Positions 24,251-32,000 of a stretch of DNA of 32,000 nt are shown here, piece after piece. Numbering within the stretch: the stretch's first letter is position 1; every line of letters starts with the position of its first letter. Source of the DNA: Oscillospiraceae bacterium (lineage in GTDB: Bacteria; Bacillota; Clostridia; Oscillospirales; Oscillospiraceae); NCBI GenBank assembly GCA_017515345.1, contig JAFWFZ010000008.1, positions 159,810-191,809 on the forward strand, written 5' to 3'. Both the position numbers and the translations under genes were made by a program. Below the pieces are notes generated by a model, which did not search any database, had not been told where the DNA came from, and was given only the letters and a program-made list of their open reading frames with translations.

Positions 24251-24668
24251 TGACCATGGCCACCCGCCGTGCGTGGCGGCCGCCGTCAAACTCCGTAGTG
24301 AGGAAGATCTCCACCAGCTTCAGGGCAAGCCCGGGGCCCATGACCCGCTCCCCCAGGCACATGGCGTTCGCGTCGTTGTGGCGGCGGGTCATCTCCGTGG
24401 AAAAGCAGTCGGAGCAGACGGCGGCGCGGATGCCGCGGATCTTGTTGGCGGCCATGGACATCCCGATGCCCGTGCCGCAGACCAGGATAGCCTTTTCGCA
24501 CTCGCCGGAAACGACGGCCCGGCACGCGGCCTCCGCGTAGGTGGGATAGTCGCAGCTCTCCGCGGAGAAGGTGCCGAAATCCCTGTACTCTCTTCCTGTC
24601 TCCTCCAGATATTTCTTGATCTCGACCATGAGCGAGAAGCCGCCGTGGTCACATCCGAGAGCGATCAT
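24219..24668 (-). CDS. rpiB: Ribose-5-phosphate isomerase B (RpiB/LacA/LacB family)
   Basis: ORF trimmed to the ATG at 24668 (GGAGG upstream). Contains MIALGCDHGGF...LVCGTGIGMSMAANK...RRHNDANAMCLG. Length is 149 aa. Confidence 0.9.
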   Translation of the reverse strand: MIALGCDHGGFSLMVEIKKYLEETGREYRDFGTFSAESCDYPTYAEAACRAVVSGECEKAILVCGTGIGMSMAANKIRGIRAAVCSDCFSTEMTRRHNDANAMCLGERVMGPGLALKLVEIFLTTEFDGGRHARRVAMVNALEGDPREK

Positions 24669-24752
24669 TTTAAAACCTCCGAATCTGTTATGCCTCAGGA
24701 CGTACCGTATATGCATCCTGTTTATTATTATAATGTATAGCGAACCGCGCCG

Positions 24753-26657
24753 TCAGAACGGCCAGATAGGCGGAATCCACCGGAGCACGTACCGCGCGAA
24801 GGTGTCCGACACCGGCACGCCGGTGAGCACGGGATAAAACAGGGCGAACAGCAGCGCGCTCGCCGCGGTGTAACCGATCACTGCCAGCTTATAGCGGCCG
24901 CGTCTGCGCTCCCAGATGGTGTTGAACACATGGGACAAGGCCATGACCATAAAGAGTACGCAGGGGAAATAGTGGTAGATGAAGACGATGCGGGAGATGA
25001 TGATCCAGGGAATAAGCTGGATCAGGTAGCCGATGAGGATGAACAGCGCCCGTCCGTCCCGGTATTTTACCGCGCGCACCGCCATGGCGATCATGGCGAG
25101 CAGCCCGCCCCACCACACAACGGGGTTCCCGAATGCGGCAAACAGCGATTTCTGCCCGTTCTCCAAATAGCTGCGGAAATAGAGGATCGGTTTCAGGTCC
25201 AGGATCCACTCCCACCAGACGGAGGAATAAGGATGGGTGGCCTCCAGCCCGGCGTGGTAGGTAAACATGAATTTCTGATTCTCCATAATGATCTTCATGT
25301 ACCGGGGATCGGTGAGCATCCCGCCGGAGACCGTCATCCCCTCCGCCAGCCCGTAGGGGATATAGCTGAGATAGTAGATGACTGCCGGTATGAAAATAAA
25401 GCAAACCACGGAGGCGGCCAGGGTACCGACGAGGTAGCCCGCATAGCCGTATCGGTCCCCGGAGCTGTAATACCTCCATTTCAGCACCTGGTGGATCACA
25501 TACAGGATGGCCAGCCCGGCGCCCGCGTAGATGACGATCCATTTGCAGGCACAGCCCACACCGAAAAACAGTCCGCTGAGGAAGAGCGGGGGAAGCGTCT
25601 TCCCCAGGCGCGTCTCCGGCGGCTGGGTGATATAGCGGTACATGAAGAAGTACGCCAGCATAATGAAGAACACGCCGTAGGTGTCAATGGTGGCGATCCG
25701 CGTCTGGGTAAATCGCATGAAGTCGAACAGGAACAGGCAGCTCCCGCAGGTGGCGACAACCGTCTTCCCAAACATGTTTTTCAGGAAAATATACAGCACC
25801 ACGAGCATCAGCCAGCCGAAGGTGGCCCCCATGAAGCGCCAGCCGAAGGCCGTCATGCCGAAGAGCTGGATGCCGATGGAGATGATGATCTTGCCCAGAG
25901 GCGGGTGGGATATCTCATAGGGCTTGACATTGTGGATATGCTCATAGGCTGTGCGCCCATGATAGATCTCGTCGAAGTACATGCTGTTCATATAGCCCGG
26001 CGTTTCGGGAACCAGCTCCTGCTCGTCGAACAGCTCCCGGCAGTCGGGGCTGATGATCCCGGAAGCGGGGATCATGGCGCCCGAGGCGTCATACAGCGCC
26101 AGCTCCCCCAGCTCCATGGGCTGCTCGGAGGAGGTGATGCGGATATAGCGCACATTCTTGTGACCGTCGGAAAGTGCGGCGACGCGCCATTTGAAGAGGT
26201 CCGCATGTCCCTGCCCCATGGAGGGCTCGTCCTCTCCCTCCCCTGTCTGCTCGAGCCAGTTCACGCCGTCGGAGGAGAACTCCAGCTTATACTCACCCGT
26301 CCACAGGGCGGTATAATAACGGAACTCGCCGATCTCCTGCGGCTCCTCAAGCTCGATCGTCACGGAGGGCATTTCAGCGGTGAAGCGAAAGAAAGACTGG
26401 GGAGCCGTGGTGTCCCCCAGGACCAGGTAGTTGAGCACGGCGCCCGCCACTGCGATGGCCAGGATGGGAATGATGTCGCGCTTTTCCAGCCTATAGCGGT
26501 GATGATGGAAGCTGAGGCGGCGCTTTTCCAGCTTGCGGGTGATCCACTCGGTGGTCCCTGCCGCCGGGAGGGACGCCTTGCGGTAATAGACAAAAAACAG
26601 AAGAATGCATATCACTGTCACCACGGTGAAGGTGATCGTCCACCATGAATAATACAA
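24753..26657 (-). CDS. GT39 (PMT-type, polyprenol-phosphate-sugar dependent) glycosyltransferase with a discoidin/F5-8-type-C-like insert
   Basis: TTG start at 26657 with AAGGGGG upstream. The loop-1 DE motif is MYFDEIYHGRTAYE. The body is polytopic (PPLGKIIISIGIQLFG...). A soluble module of ~130 aa (VTIELEEPQEIGEFRYYTALWTGEYKLEFSSDGVNW...NVRYIRITS...ELGELALYD) lies between TM2 and the DE motif. Confidence 0.8.
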   Translation of the reverse strand: MYYSWWTITFTVVTVICILLFFVYYRKASLPAAGTTEWITRKLEKRRLSFHHHRYRLEKRDIIPILAIAVAGAVLNYLVLGDTTAPQSFFRFTAEMPSVTIELEEPQEIGEFRYYTALWTGEYKLEFSSDGVNWLEQTGEGEDEPSMGQGHADLFKWRVAALSDGHKNVRYIRITSSEQPMELGELALYDASGAMIPASGIISPDCRELFDEQELVPETPGYMNSMYFDEIYHGRTAYEHIHNVKPYEISHPPLGKIIISIGIQLFGMTAFGWRFMGATFGWLMLVVLYIFLKNMFGKTVVATCGSCLFLFDFMRFTQTRIATIDTYGVFFIMLAYFFMYRYITQPPETRLGKTLPPLFLSGLFFGVGCACKWIVIYAGAGLAILYVIHQVLKWRYYSSGDRYGYAGYLVGTLAASVVCFIFIPAVIYYLSYIPYGLAEGMTVSGGMLTDPRYMKIIMENQKFMFTYHAGLEATHPYSSVWWEWILDLKPILYFRSYLENGQKSLFAAFGNPVVWWGGLLAMIAMAVRAVKYRDGRALFILIGYLIQLIPWIIISRIVFIYHYFPCVLFMVMALSHVFNTIWERRRGRYKLAVIGYTAASALLFALFYPVLTGVPVSDTFARYVLRWIPPIWPF

Positions 26658-26763
26658 GTCTATGCCCCCTTTGCACTTCGATGCTGTTCAGCTTATCATA
26701 CCAAAATCCCACAGAAAAGTACAGTGTTTTTTCGCCTTGCCCCCCTACGCGCGGAGCCCCGAC

Positions 26764-26798
26764 AAAAAAATTTTAGCCCCGCAAAACGGGGCTAAAAC
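26764..26798 (-). terminator. Intrinsic terminator after tRNA-Thr
   Basis: TAGCCCCG (26774-26781) pairs with CGGGGCTA (26787-26794). The minus strand is followed by AAATTTTTTT. Confidence 0.8.
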
Positions 26799-26822
26799 TC
26801 CCGGACGTCTCGTCCGACGCTT

Positions 26823-26898
26823 TGGAGCTGGTAATGTGACTCGAACACACGACCTGCTGATTACGAATCAGCTGCTCTACCGACTGAGCTATACCAGC
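26823..26898 (-). tRNA. tRNA-Thr (anticodon CGU), CCA encoded
   Basis: Hand-folded cloverleaf. Acceptor GCTGGTA/TACCAGC, D stem GCTC/GAGC, anticodon stem GCTGA/TCAGC with loop TTCGTAA, T stem GTGTG/CACAT with loop TTCGAGT. 76 nt, ending TCCA. Confidence 0.9.
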
Positions 26899-26916
26899 AA
26901 TTTTGAAGCGAGAGTT

Positions 26917-26945
26917 ATTATAAATGATGCACGGGAAAAAGTCAA
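26917..26945 (-). promoter_or_regulatory. Consensus-like sigma-A promoter for tRNA-Thr (TTGACT-N17-TATAAT)
   Basis: The minus strand reads TTGACT (26945-26940), a 17-nt spacer, then TATAAT (26922-26917). The tRNA 5' end is about 19 nt downstream of the -10. Confidence 0.65.
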
Positions 26946-26953
26946 CTGGAAAA

Positions 26954-27370
26954 TCACGCGTTCCCCAGACTCAGGAGATACCCTTCCAGAATGAGGGAGG
27001 CCGCCACGGCGTCTACCGTGTTTTTCCGTTTTTTACCGTGCTTGCCCACGTCCGTCAGGATCCGGTGAGCGTCCACCGTGGTGCGCCGCTCGTCCCAGAG
27101 GATCACCTCCAGCCCGCTGTCGGCGCGGAGAAGCTCCGCTAGCTCCCGGCTTTTCTCCGCCCGCGGTCCCTCGGTCCCGTCCATGTTTTTGGGCAGGCCG
27201 AGCACCAGCCGCTCCACCCCCCGATCCCGCGCCGCGTCTGCGATCGTCCGGGAGAGCCGCTGTGCATTCCACTCGCTGATGACCCAGGTCTCCCCCGTCA
27301 GGGTCCCCAACAGGTCGGAAACGGCGATGCCGGTGCGCCGGTCGCCGTAGTCAATGGCCATGATCCGCAT
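26954..27370 (-). CDS. ruvX: Holliday-junction-resolvase-like nuclease RuvX (YqgF)
   Basis: ORF trimmed to the ATG at 27370. Contains MRIMAIDYGDRRTGIAVSD...LVLGLPKNMDGTEG...DERRTT. Confidence 0.9.
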   Translation of the reverse strand: MRIMAIDYGDRRTGIAVSDLLGTLTGETWVISEWNAQRLSRTIADAARDRGVERLVLGLPKNMDGTEGPRAEKSRELAELLRADSGLEVILWDERRTTVDAHRILTDVGKHGKKRKNTVDAVAASLILEGYLLSLGNA

Positions 27371-27386
27371 AATAATCACCCGATAC

Positions 27387-27415
27387 ATTATATTATATCG
27401 CCGCAGCGGACGCAA
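27387..27415 (-). promoter_or_regulatory. Candidate sigma-A promoter for ruvX (TTGCGT-N17-TATAAT)
   Basis: The minus strand reads TTGCGT (27415-27410), a 17-nt spacer, then TATAAT (27392-27387). Confidence 0.45.
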
Positions 27416-27472
27416 CGGTCATTTTCTCTCTCCTCCAGCGGTGAAATCCGCGTATTTTCGGCAAAAAAACTG

Positions 27473-27501
27473 TTGACCTTGTCCCGGCGCCGTGGTATAC
27501 T
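27473..27501 (+). promoter_or_regulatory. Sigma-A promoter for rpmG-secE-nusG (TTGACC-N17-TATACT)
   Basis: TTGACC (27473-27478), 17-nt spacer, TATACT (27496-27501). Confidence 0.65.
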
Positions 27502-27600
27502 TCTATCACCTGTCGGCCGACGGGCTTTGTTTGTGCGCAAATTTGTCCCGATCGGCCAATCCAAAACAGGGAGGCAATTATTGGAGGTGCCGTAAGAAAA

Positions 27601-27759
27601 ATGGCTGATACAAGAGTCAAGGTGGTGCTCCGCTGCAACGAGTGCAAGCAGCGCAACTACAACACCACGAAGAACAAGAAGAACACGCCGGAACGTCTTG
27701 AGATGAACAAGTACTGCCGTTTCTGCCGTAAGCACACGGTCCACACGGAAACGAAGTAA
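27601..27759 (+). CDS. rpmG: 50S ribosomal protein L33 (below the ORF-track size cut-off)
   Basis: Own translation is [52 protein letters not shown], showing the CxxC...CxxC zinc-ribbon form. Conserved position before secE-nusG. Confidence 0.9.
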   Translation: MADTRVKVVLRCNECKQRNYNTTKNKKNTPERLEMNKYCRFCRKHTVHTETK

Positions 27760-27778
27760 GACGAAAGGAACTGTTCAA

Positions 27779-28030
27779 ATGGCTGACGAAAAAACCACTC
27801 AGACCACCAGCAAGCCCGCCAAGAAAAAGGTCAAGGGCTCCAATCGCATCGCCAAGTGGTTCCGCGAGATGAGGAGCGAGCTGAAGAAGATCGTTTGGCC
27901 CACGCCGAAGCAGATCCTCAACAACACCGTCGTTGCCCTCGTCGTCATAGTCGTTGCCGCCGTCGTGATCTGGGCATTTGACCAGGCCGCGGCTCAGGGC
28001 GTGCGGGCTCTCATCTCACTCGGAGGCTGA
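27779..28030 (+). CDS. secE: Preprotein translocase subunit SecE
   Basis: 83 aa. Basic N-terminus, then KWFREMRSELKKIVWPT and a single TM. Confidence 0.9.
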   Translation: MADEKTTQTTSKPAKKKVKGSNRIAKWFREMRSELKKIVWPTPKQILNNTVVALVVIVVAAVVIWAFDQAAAQGVRALISLGG

Positions 28031-28032
28031 CG

Positions 28033-28557
28033 ATGGCCGAAGAAGCGAAATGGTACGTACTCCATACGTACTCCGGCTATGAAAACGCAGTGGCGACCAC
28101 CATTGAAAAGGCCGCTGAGAACCGCAAGATGCAGGACCTCATCCTTGAGGTCAACATTCCCATGGAAACGGTGACGGAAATCACCGATTCCCAGACAAAG
28201 ACCGTGGAACGCAAGGTCTTCCCCGGCTACGTCCTGATCAAGATGATCCTGACGGACGAGAGCTGGCACCTTGTGCGCAATGTCCGCGGCGTCACCGGCT
28301 TCGTCGGCTCGGCCAACAAGGCCATCCCCCTCACGGAGGAGGAGATCGCCGCCCTCGGCATCGACAAGCACGAGGTCGTGATGAGCTACGAGATCGGCAG
28401 TACCGTCAAGGTCACCGACGGCCCGCTGGAGGGATTCATCGGTACCGTGGAGGAGATCGAGATGGACAAGAGCCGTGTCCGCGTGGTGGTATCCATGTTC
28501 GGGCGCGAGACCCCCGTGGATCTGGACTTCGACCAGGTCGAGGCGGTGGAAAAGTAA
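28033..28557 (+). CDS. nusG: Transcription termination/antitermination factor NusG
   Basis: Contains KWYVLHTYSGYEN...VFPGYVLIKM, plus a KOW region VKVTDGPLEGFIGTVEEI. Confidence 0.95.
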   Translation: MAEEAKWYVLHTYSGYENAVATTIEKAAENRKMQDLILEVNIPMETVTEITDSQTKTVERKVFPGYVLIKMILTDESWHLVRNVRGVTGFVGSANKAIPLTEEEIAALGIDKHEVVMSYEIGSTVKVTDGPLEGFIGTVEEIEMDKSRVRVVVSMFGRETPVDLDFDQVEAVEK

Positions 28558-28680
28558 CGCTTTCGGCGAAAGCCGTTTGCGCCGGTTCACCGGCAAAGTG
28601 GGAGGAGCGGTCACGCTCCGCCAAAGCCGCTCCGTTCCGGAACGGGCGGCACCACATCAATATCAGGAGGTGCTCACAAA
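28558..28680 (+). promoter_or_regulatory. Structured rplK-rplA leader (candidate L1 autoregulatory site)
   Basis: Four consecutive hairpins: GCTTTC-GGC-GAAAGC, GCCGG-TTCA-CCGGC, GGAGC-GGTCAC-GCTCC, and GCCGCTCCGTT-CCGG-AACGGGCGGC. Confidence 0.35.
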
Positions 28681-29109
28681 GTGGCACAGAAAGTTACAGG
28701 TATCATCAAACTTCAGATCCCAGCCGGCCAGGCAACGCCGGCTCCCCCTGTCGGCCCCGCACTGGGCCAGCACGGCGTCAACATCGGCGCGTTCACCAAG
28801 GAATTCAACGAGCGCACCAAGGCTGACATGGGCATGACCATCCCCGTGGTCATCACCGTCTACGCCGACAGGAGCTTCACCTTCATTACCAAGACTCCTC
28901 CCGCCGCCGTCCTTCTGAAGAAGGCCTGCGGCATCGACAAGGCCTCCGGCGTGCCCCAGCGCGACAAGGTCGCAAAGATCAGCAAGGAAGAGGTCCGCAA
29001 GATCGCGGAGACTAAGATGCCCGACCTGAACGCCGGCAGCATCGAGGCCGCCTACAGCATGATTAAAGGCACTGCCCGCAGCATGGGCATCGTAGTAGAG
29101 GAGGACTAA
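28681..29109 (+). CDS. rplK: 50S ribosomal protein L11
   Basis: GTG start with AGGAGG 10 nt upstream. Contains [26 protein letters not shown]. Confidence 0.95.
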   Translation: MAQKVTGIIKLQIPAGQATPAPPVGPALGQHGVNIGAFTKEFNERTKADMGMTIPVVITVYADRSFTFITKTPPAAVLLKKACGIDKASGVPQRDKVAKISKEEVRKIAETKMPDLNAGSIEAAYSMIKGTARSMGIVVEED

Positions 29110-29112
29110 GCC

Positions 29113-29805
29113 ATGTTCAGAGGAAAGAATTATAAAGAGAGCGCAAAGCTCATCGACAGGGCGACCCTCTACGACGCGGCCGACGCGTTTGACCTGGTCA
29201 TCAAGGCCTCCAAGGCCAAGTTCGACGAGACCGTCGAGCTGCACGTGAAGCTGGGCGTCGACTCCCGTCACGCCGATCAGCAGGTCCGCGGCGCCATCGT
29301 GCTGCCCCACGGCACCGGCAAGACCCGCAAGGTCCTGGTGTTCTGCAAGGAGGAGCGCCAGCAGGAGGCTCTCGACGCCGGCGCCGATTACGTGGGCGCG
29401 CAGGACATGGTCGAGCGCATCCAGAAGGAGAACTTCTTCGATTACGACGTGGTCATCGCCACCCCGGATATGATGGGCGTGGTCGGCCGCCTCGGTAAGA
29501 TCCTGGGCCCCAAGGGCCTGATGCCTACCCCCAAGGCCGGCACCGTCTCCGCCAACATCGCTCAGGCTGTGAGCGAGGTCAAGGCCGGTAAGATCGAGTA
29601 CCGTCTGGACAAGACCAACATCATCCACTGCCCCATCGGCAAGGTCTCCTTCGGCGTGGAGAAGCTGGTTGACAACTACACTGCTCTCATCGGCGCCATC
29701 ATCAAGGCGAAGCCCGCCGCCGCCAAGGGCCAGTATATCCGGAGCTGCGTCACCGCCTCCACCATGGGCCCCGGCGTCAAGATCAACGCCCAGAAGCAGC
29801 TGTAA
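29113..29805 (+). CDS. rplA: 50S ribosomal protein L1
   Basis: Contains [24 protein letters not shown]...LPHGTGK...IATPDMMG. Confidence 0.95.
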   Translation: MFRGKNYKESAKLIDRATLYDAADAFDLVIKASKAKFDETVELHVKLGVDSRHADQQVRGAIVLPHGTGKTRKVLVFCKEERQQEALDAGADYVGAQDMVERIQKENFFDYDVVIATPDMMGVVGRLGKILGPKGLMPTPKAGTVSANIAQAVSEVKAGKIEYRLDKTNIIHCPIGKVSFGVEKLVDNYTALIGAIIKAKPAAAKGQYIRSCVTASTMGPGVKINAQKQL

Positions 29806-29836
29806 ACAGATCACAGCTACGTGATTCCAATAACAG

Positions 29837-29876
29837 AACCCGCGCAGCGTCCATGGACGCTGCGCGGGTTTTTTAT
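29837..29876 (+). terminator. Intrinsic terminator after rplA
   Basis: Near-perfect palindrome AACCCGCGCAGCGTCC-ATGG-ACGCTGCGCGGGTT, followed by TTTTTATT. Confidence 0.85.
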
Positions 29877-29895
29877 TGTTGAAAGGCTCGCCGGA

Positions 29896-32000
29896 TCAGG
29901 CGTTCGCTGTGGGACGCATATAAAACTCTGCCTTCAGGAAACGGAGCGCGGCATCATTCTCCAGCAGAACGCCTCCCTGATAGGCGCCGAAATGCATGAC
30001 CGCCTGATCTGTATCAAATACAGCTTCAAACGCGCGCTGATACTCCTCCTCCGTGATCTCCTCCTCATTCCAGAAAAAGCGGCGGGAGATCGTTTCGGGG
30101 TCAAACTGATTATACCCGGATGCTACCGTTTCGAATTGCCCGCCGCTGAGGGAGTATATGGTATCGAAGCTGACCTTTCCGTCACTGTCATACTCCCAAA
30201 ACAGGCCGGAGCCTTCGATCCATTCGATCTGCGAATTGAAATCGGGCTTTCCGTACGGATGGGCAACCACGGCGCTTCCGTCGAACGTACAGAGCAATTG
30301 CTCATAAACCGCGTTCTGTCCGACGCGAACGAACATCTCCGGAACGTCATCCCCATCAATGAACACCAGGCGGATGCCAAGGGACTCTGCCTGGGCTTCT
30401 TTTTCGGCAATGAGATCCAGATAGGCCTTCTTCCAGTGAGCCGCGCCGTCCGCAGCCGACCTGCTCCGATACAGGAACGTGACCACATGGGCGCGGGTAC
30501 ATGTATTGCCGGGGCTGAAGGAGGTATCGCTGGTGCCGTTGGTGATCCCGTTCTCCACTGCCCAGAGGACGGGCTTATAGAAGTAATCGTTCTCCTTCAC
30601 ATCAGTGAAGGGGTTCTCGTCGCTTTCCGGCTCCGGGGAACCGGCTGCCCGCCACAGGAAGGTCACGACCTGGCCCCGGGTGCAGGTTTTGTCCGGACCG
30701 AAGGAATCGGGACTCAGCCCGTTGGTCACGCCGTTCTCCACCGCCCAGAGGACGGGGGCGTAATAGTACTGCTCCTCTTCCACGTCGGTAAAGGGGTTCA
30801 TACCGAGGCTGAACGAGGGGCTGCCGTAGGCGCGCCACAGGAACGTGGCCACCTGGCCGCGGGTACAGCCCCGATCGGGGCTGAAGGCGGCCTCGCCAGT
30901 GCCGTTGGTGATCTCGTGCTCCACCGCCCACAGCACCGCGTCGGTGAACCAGGTGCCGTCCGGCACGTCTGCAAACGGATTGACCGCCGGCTGGGGTCCG
31001 GGATCCACAGGCCCGGGATCCACAGGCCCGGGGTCGACGGGCTCGGTGAAATGGATCGCGGCATTGAGGATGGGATCGTTCCCGCTGCGGAATTCGATCT
31101 GCTCCCACTCCGCCTCCGTGCCGCCGTAGTATACGTCGGTCAGCGAGCCGCACTCGGTAAACGCATAGTCGTCGACGCAGGCAACACCCTTCGGGATCGT
31201 TACGGAGGCGAGCGCGCTGCAGCCGTAGAACGTCGTCCTCTCAACGGACGTTACACCGTTCGGGAGCTTGATTTCGGTCAGGGCTGCGCAGCGGGAAAAA
31301 GCATCCGCGCCGATGTGCGTCACACCGTCCGGGATCGTGACGGAGGCGAGCGCGGAGCACTGGGCAAACGCGGCATTTCCGATTTCCGTCACACTATCGG
31401 GGATCGTCACCTCCGTCAGCCCCGCGCAGGCGGAAAACGCGCTTGCCCCGATACTTGTCACACCATCCGGGATCGTGATGGAGGTGACGGCGCTGCAGCG
31501 GCTGAACGTCCCTTCCCCGATCTCCGTGACGCCGTCGGGGATCGTCACAGCCGCAAGCGACTCGCAGCCGTAGAACGCGAAGCTCCCGATATGCGTCACG
31601 CTGTCCGGGATCTCCGCGCTGACGAGCTTCCCGCAGTTGTAAAACGCTCTGTTCCCAATACTTATCACGCTCTCCGGGATCGTGACGCCGGCGATATCGC
31701 TGCGGCCATAAAACGCGCAGCTCCCGATGGCCGTGACGCCGTCCGGGATCGTGTAATCGCCGCTCTTGGCGGCGGGGCAGCGGATCAGCGTCGCCATATC
31801 CCTGCTGAACAGGACCCCGTCCAGAGAGGCGAACGCGGGATTATCCGGGGACACGGTGATGCTCTCCAGATATCTGCAGTCGTGAAACACAGGGAACTCA
31901 TCCGATACGCCCGCCGGCCCCTCATAGAAGCTCGTCACACTCTCCGGGATCGTCACGGAGGTGAGCCTGTTGCAGAAGGTAAAGGCGTCTTTCCAGATGC
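29896..32000 (-). CDS. BspA-type leucine-rich-repeat surface protein with three internal SLH modules and an unassigned C-terminal domain (N-terminus outside the window)
   Basis: The frame stays open to position 32000, and the residues upstream of the listed GTG continue the LRR pattern (...AFTFCNRLTSVTIPESV). There are about 12 repeats of the IG..AF..C..L.SVTIPD.VT type. A (PVDPG)x3 linker follows, then three SLH modules (NPFxDV...WAVExxITNG...F.P...CTRGQVVTFLWR). The final ~190 aa are unassigned. Confidence 0.85.
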   Translation of the reverse strand, partial: IWKDAFTFCNRLTSVTIPESVTSFYEGPAGVSDEFPVFHDCRYLESITVSPDNPAFASLDGVLFSRDMATLIRCPAAKSGDYTIPDGVTAIGSCAFYGRSDIAGVTIPESVISIGNRAFYNCGKLVSAEIPDSVTHIGSFAFYGCESLAAVTIPDGVTEIGEGTFSRCSAVTSITIPDGVTSIGASAFSACAGLTEVTIPDSVTEIGNAAFAQCSALASVTIPDGVTHIGADAFSRCAALTEIKLPNGVTSVERTTFYGCSALASVTIPKGVACVDDYAFTECGSLTDVYYGGTEAEWEQIEFRSGNDPILNAAIHFTEPVDPGPVDPGPVDPGPQPAVNPFADVPDGTWFTDAVLWAVEHEITNGTGEAAFSPDRGCTRGQVATFLWRAYGSPSFSLGMNPFTDVEEEQYYYAPVLWAVENGVTNGLSPDSFGPDKTCTRGQVVTFLWRAAGSPEPESDENPFTDVKENDYFYKPVLWAVENGITNGTSDTSFSPGNTCTRAHVVTFLYRSRSAADGAAHWKKAYLDLIAEKEAQAESLGIRLVFIDGDDVPEMFVRVGQNAVYEQLLCTFDGSAVVAHPYGKPDFNSQIEWIEGSGLFWEYDSDGKVSFDTIYSLSGGQFETVASGYNQFDPETISRRFFWNEEEITEEEYQRAFEAVFDTDQAVMHFGAYQGGVLLENDAALRFLKAEFYMRPTANA
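30997..31041 (-). repeat. 15-bp tandem repeat x3 encoding the (PVDPG)3 linker
   Basis: Plus-strand units are TCCGGGATCCACAGG, CCCGGGATCCACAGG and CCCGGGGTCGACGGG at 30997, 31012 and 31027. Confidence 0.9.

Noticed and set aside
1-32000. A search for CRISPR arrays, IS elements or transposases, integrases, prophage genes, toxin-antitoxin pairs and known defence genes.
   Set aside because: No direct-repeat/spacer arrays, terminal inverted repeats, DDE or tyrosine/serine recombinase motifs, or phage structural genes were seen. The only tandem repeats are the coding repeats in the LRR/SLH gene. The CPBP (Abi-family) protein has no adjacent bacteriocin-like small ORF.

Overview
This looks like a high-GC Firmicutes (Clostridia-like, spore-forming) chromosome, judged from gene content, SLH envelope proteins and a SleB-type hydrolase. 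Most of the window is core housekeeping. There are three housekeeping blocks: a complete rimP-nusA-ylxR-ylxQ-infB-rbfA-nrnA-truB-ribF operon (8.7-16.5 kb), mutS (19.5-22.1 kb), and rpmG-secE-nusG-rplK-rplA (27.6-29.8 kb). Smaller recognisable items are ruvX, tRNA-Thr(CGU), rpiB, and an FMN riboswitch controlling a RibU-type riboflavin transporter. Cell-envelope genes sit between these blocks. They are a 1064-aa SLH-anchored S-layer-type protein, a BspA-LRR/SLH protein, a GT39 (PMT-type) glycosyltransferase with a discoidin-like insert, and a membrane GT2 synthase with a QRRRW motif. TraX-family and CPBP-family membrane proteins are translationally coupled to mutS. A SleB-type hydrolase and an FG-GAP lipoprotein complete the set. 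I see no CRISPR array, transposase, integrase, phage gene or recognisable defence system. The signals most worth follow-up are non-coding. First, a perfect-consensus promoter feeds a ~410-nt structured leader upstream of the S-layer gene, and that leader carries a 10-nt exact anti-Shine-Dalgarno element. Second, a ~0.95-kb stretch without a convincing gene, including a ~390-nt GC-rich leader, lies upstream of the SleB-type hydrolase. On the protein side, a divergent LysR / CofE-like (F420-glutamyl-ligase family) pair and the mutS-CPBP-TraX coupling are unusual. All functional calls rest on motif recognition by eye; no database search was run.
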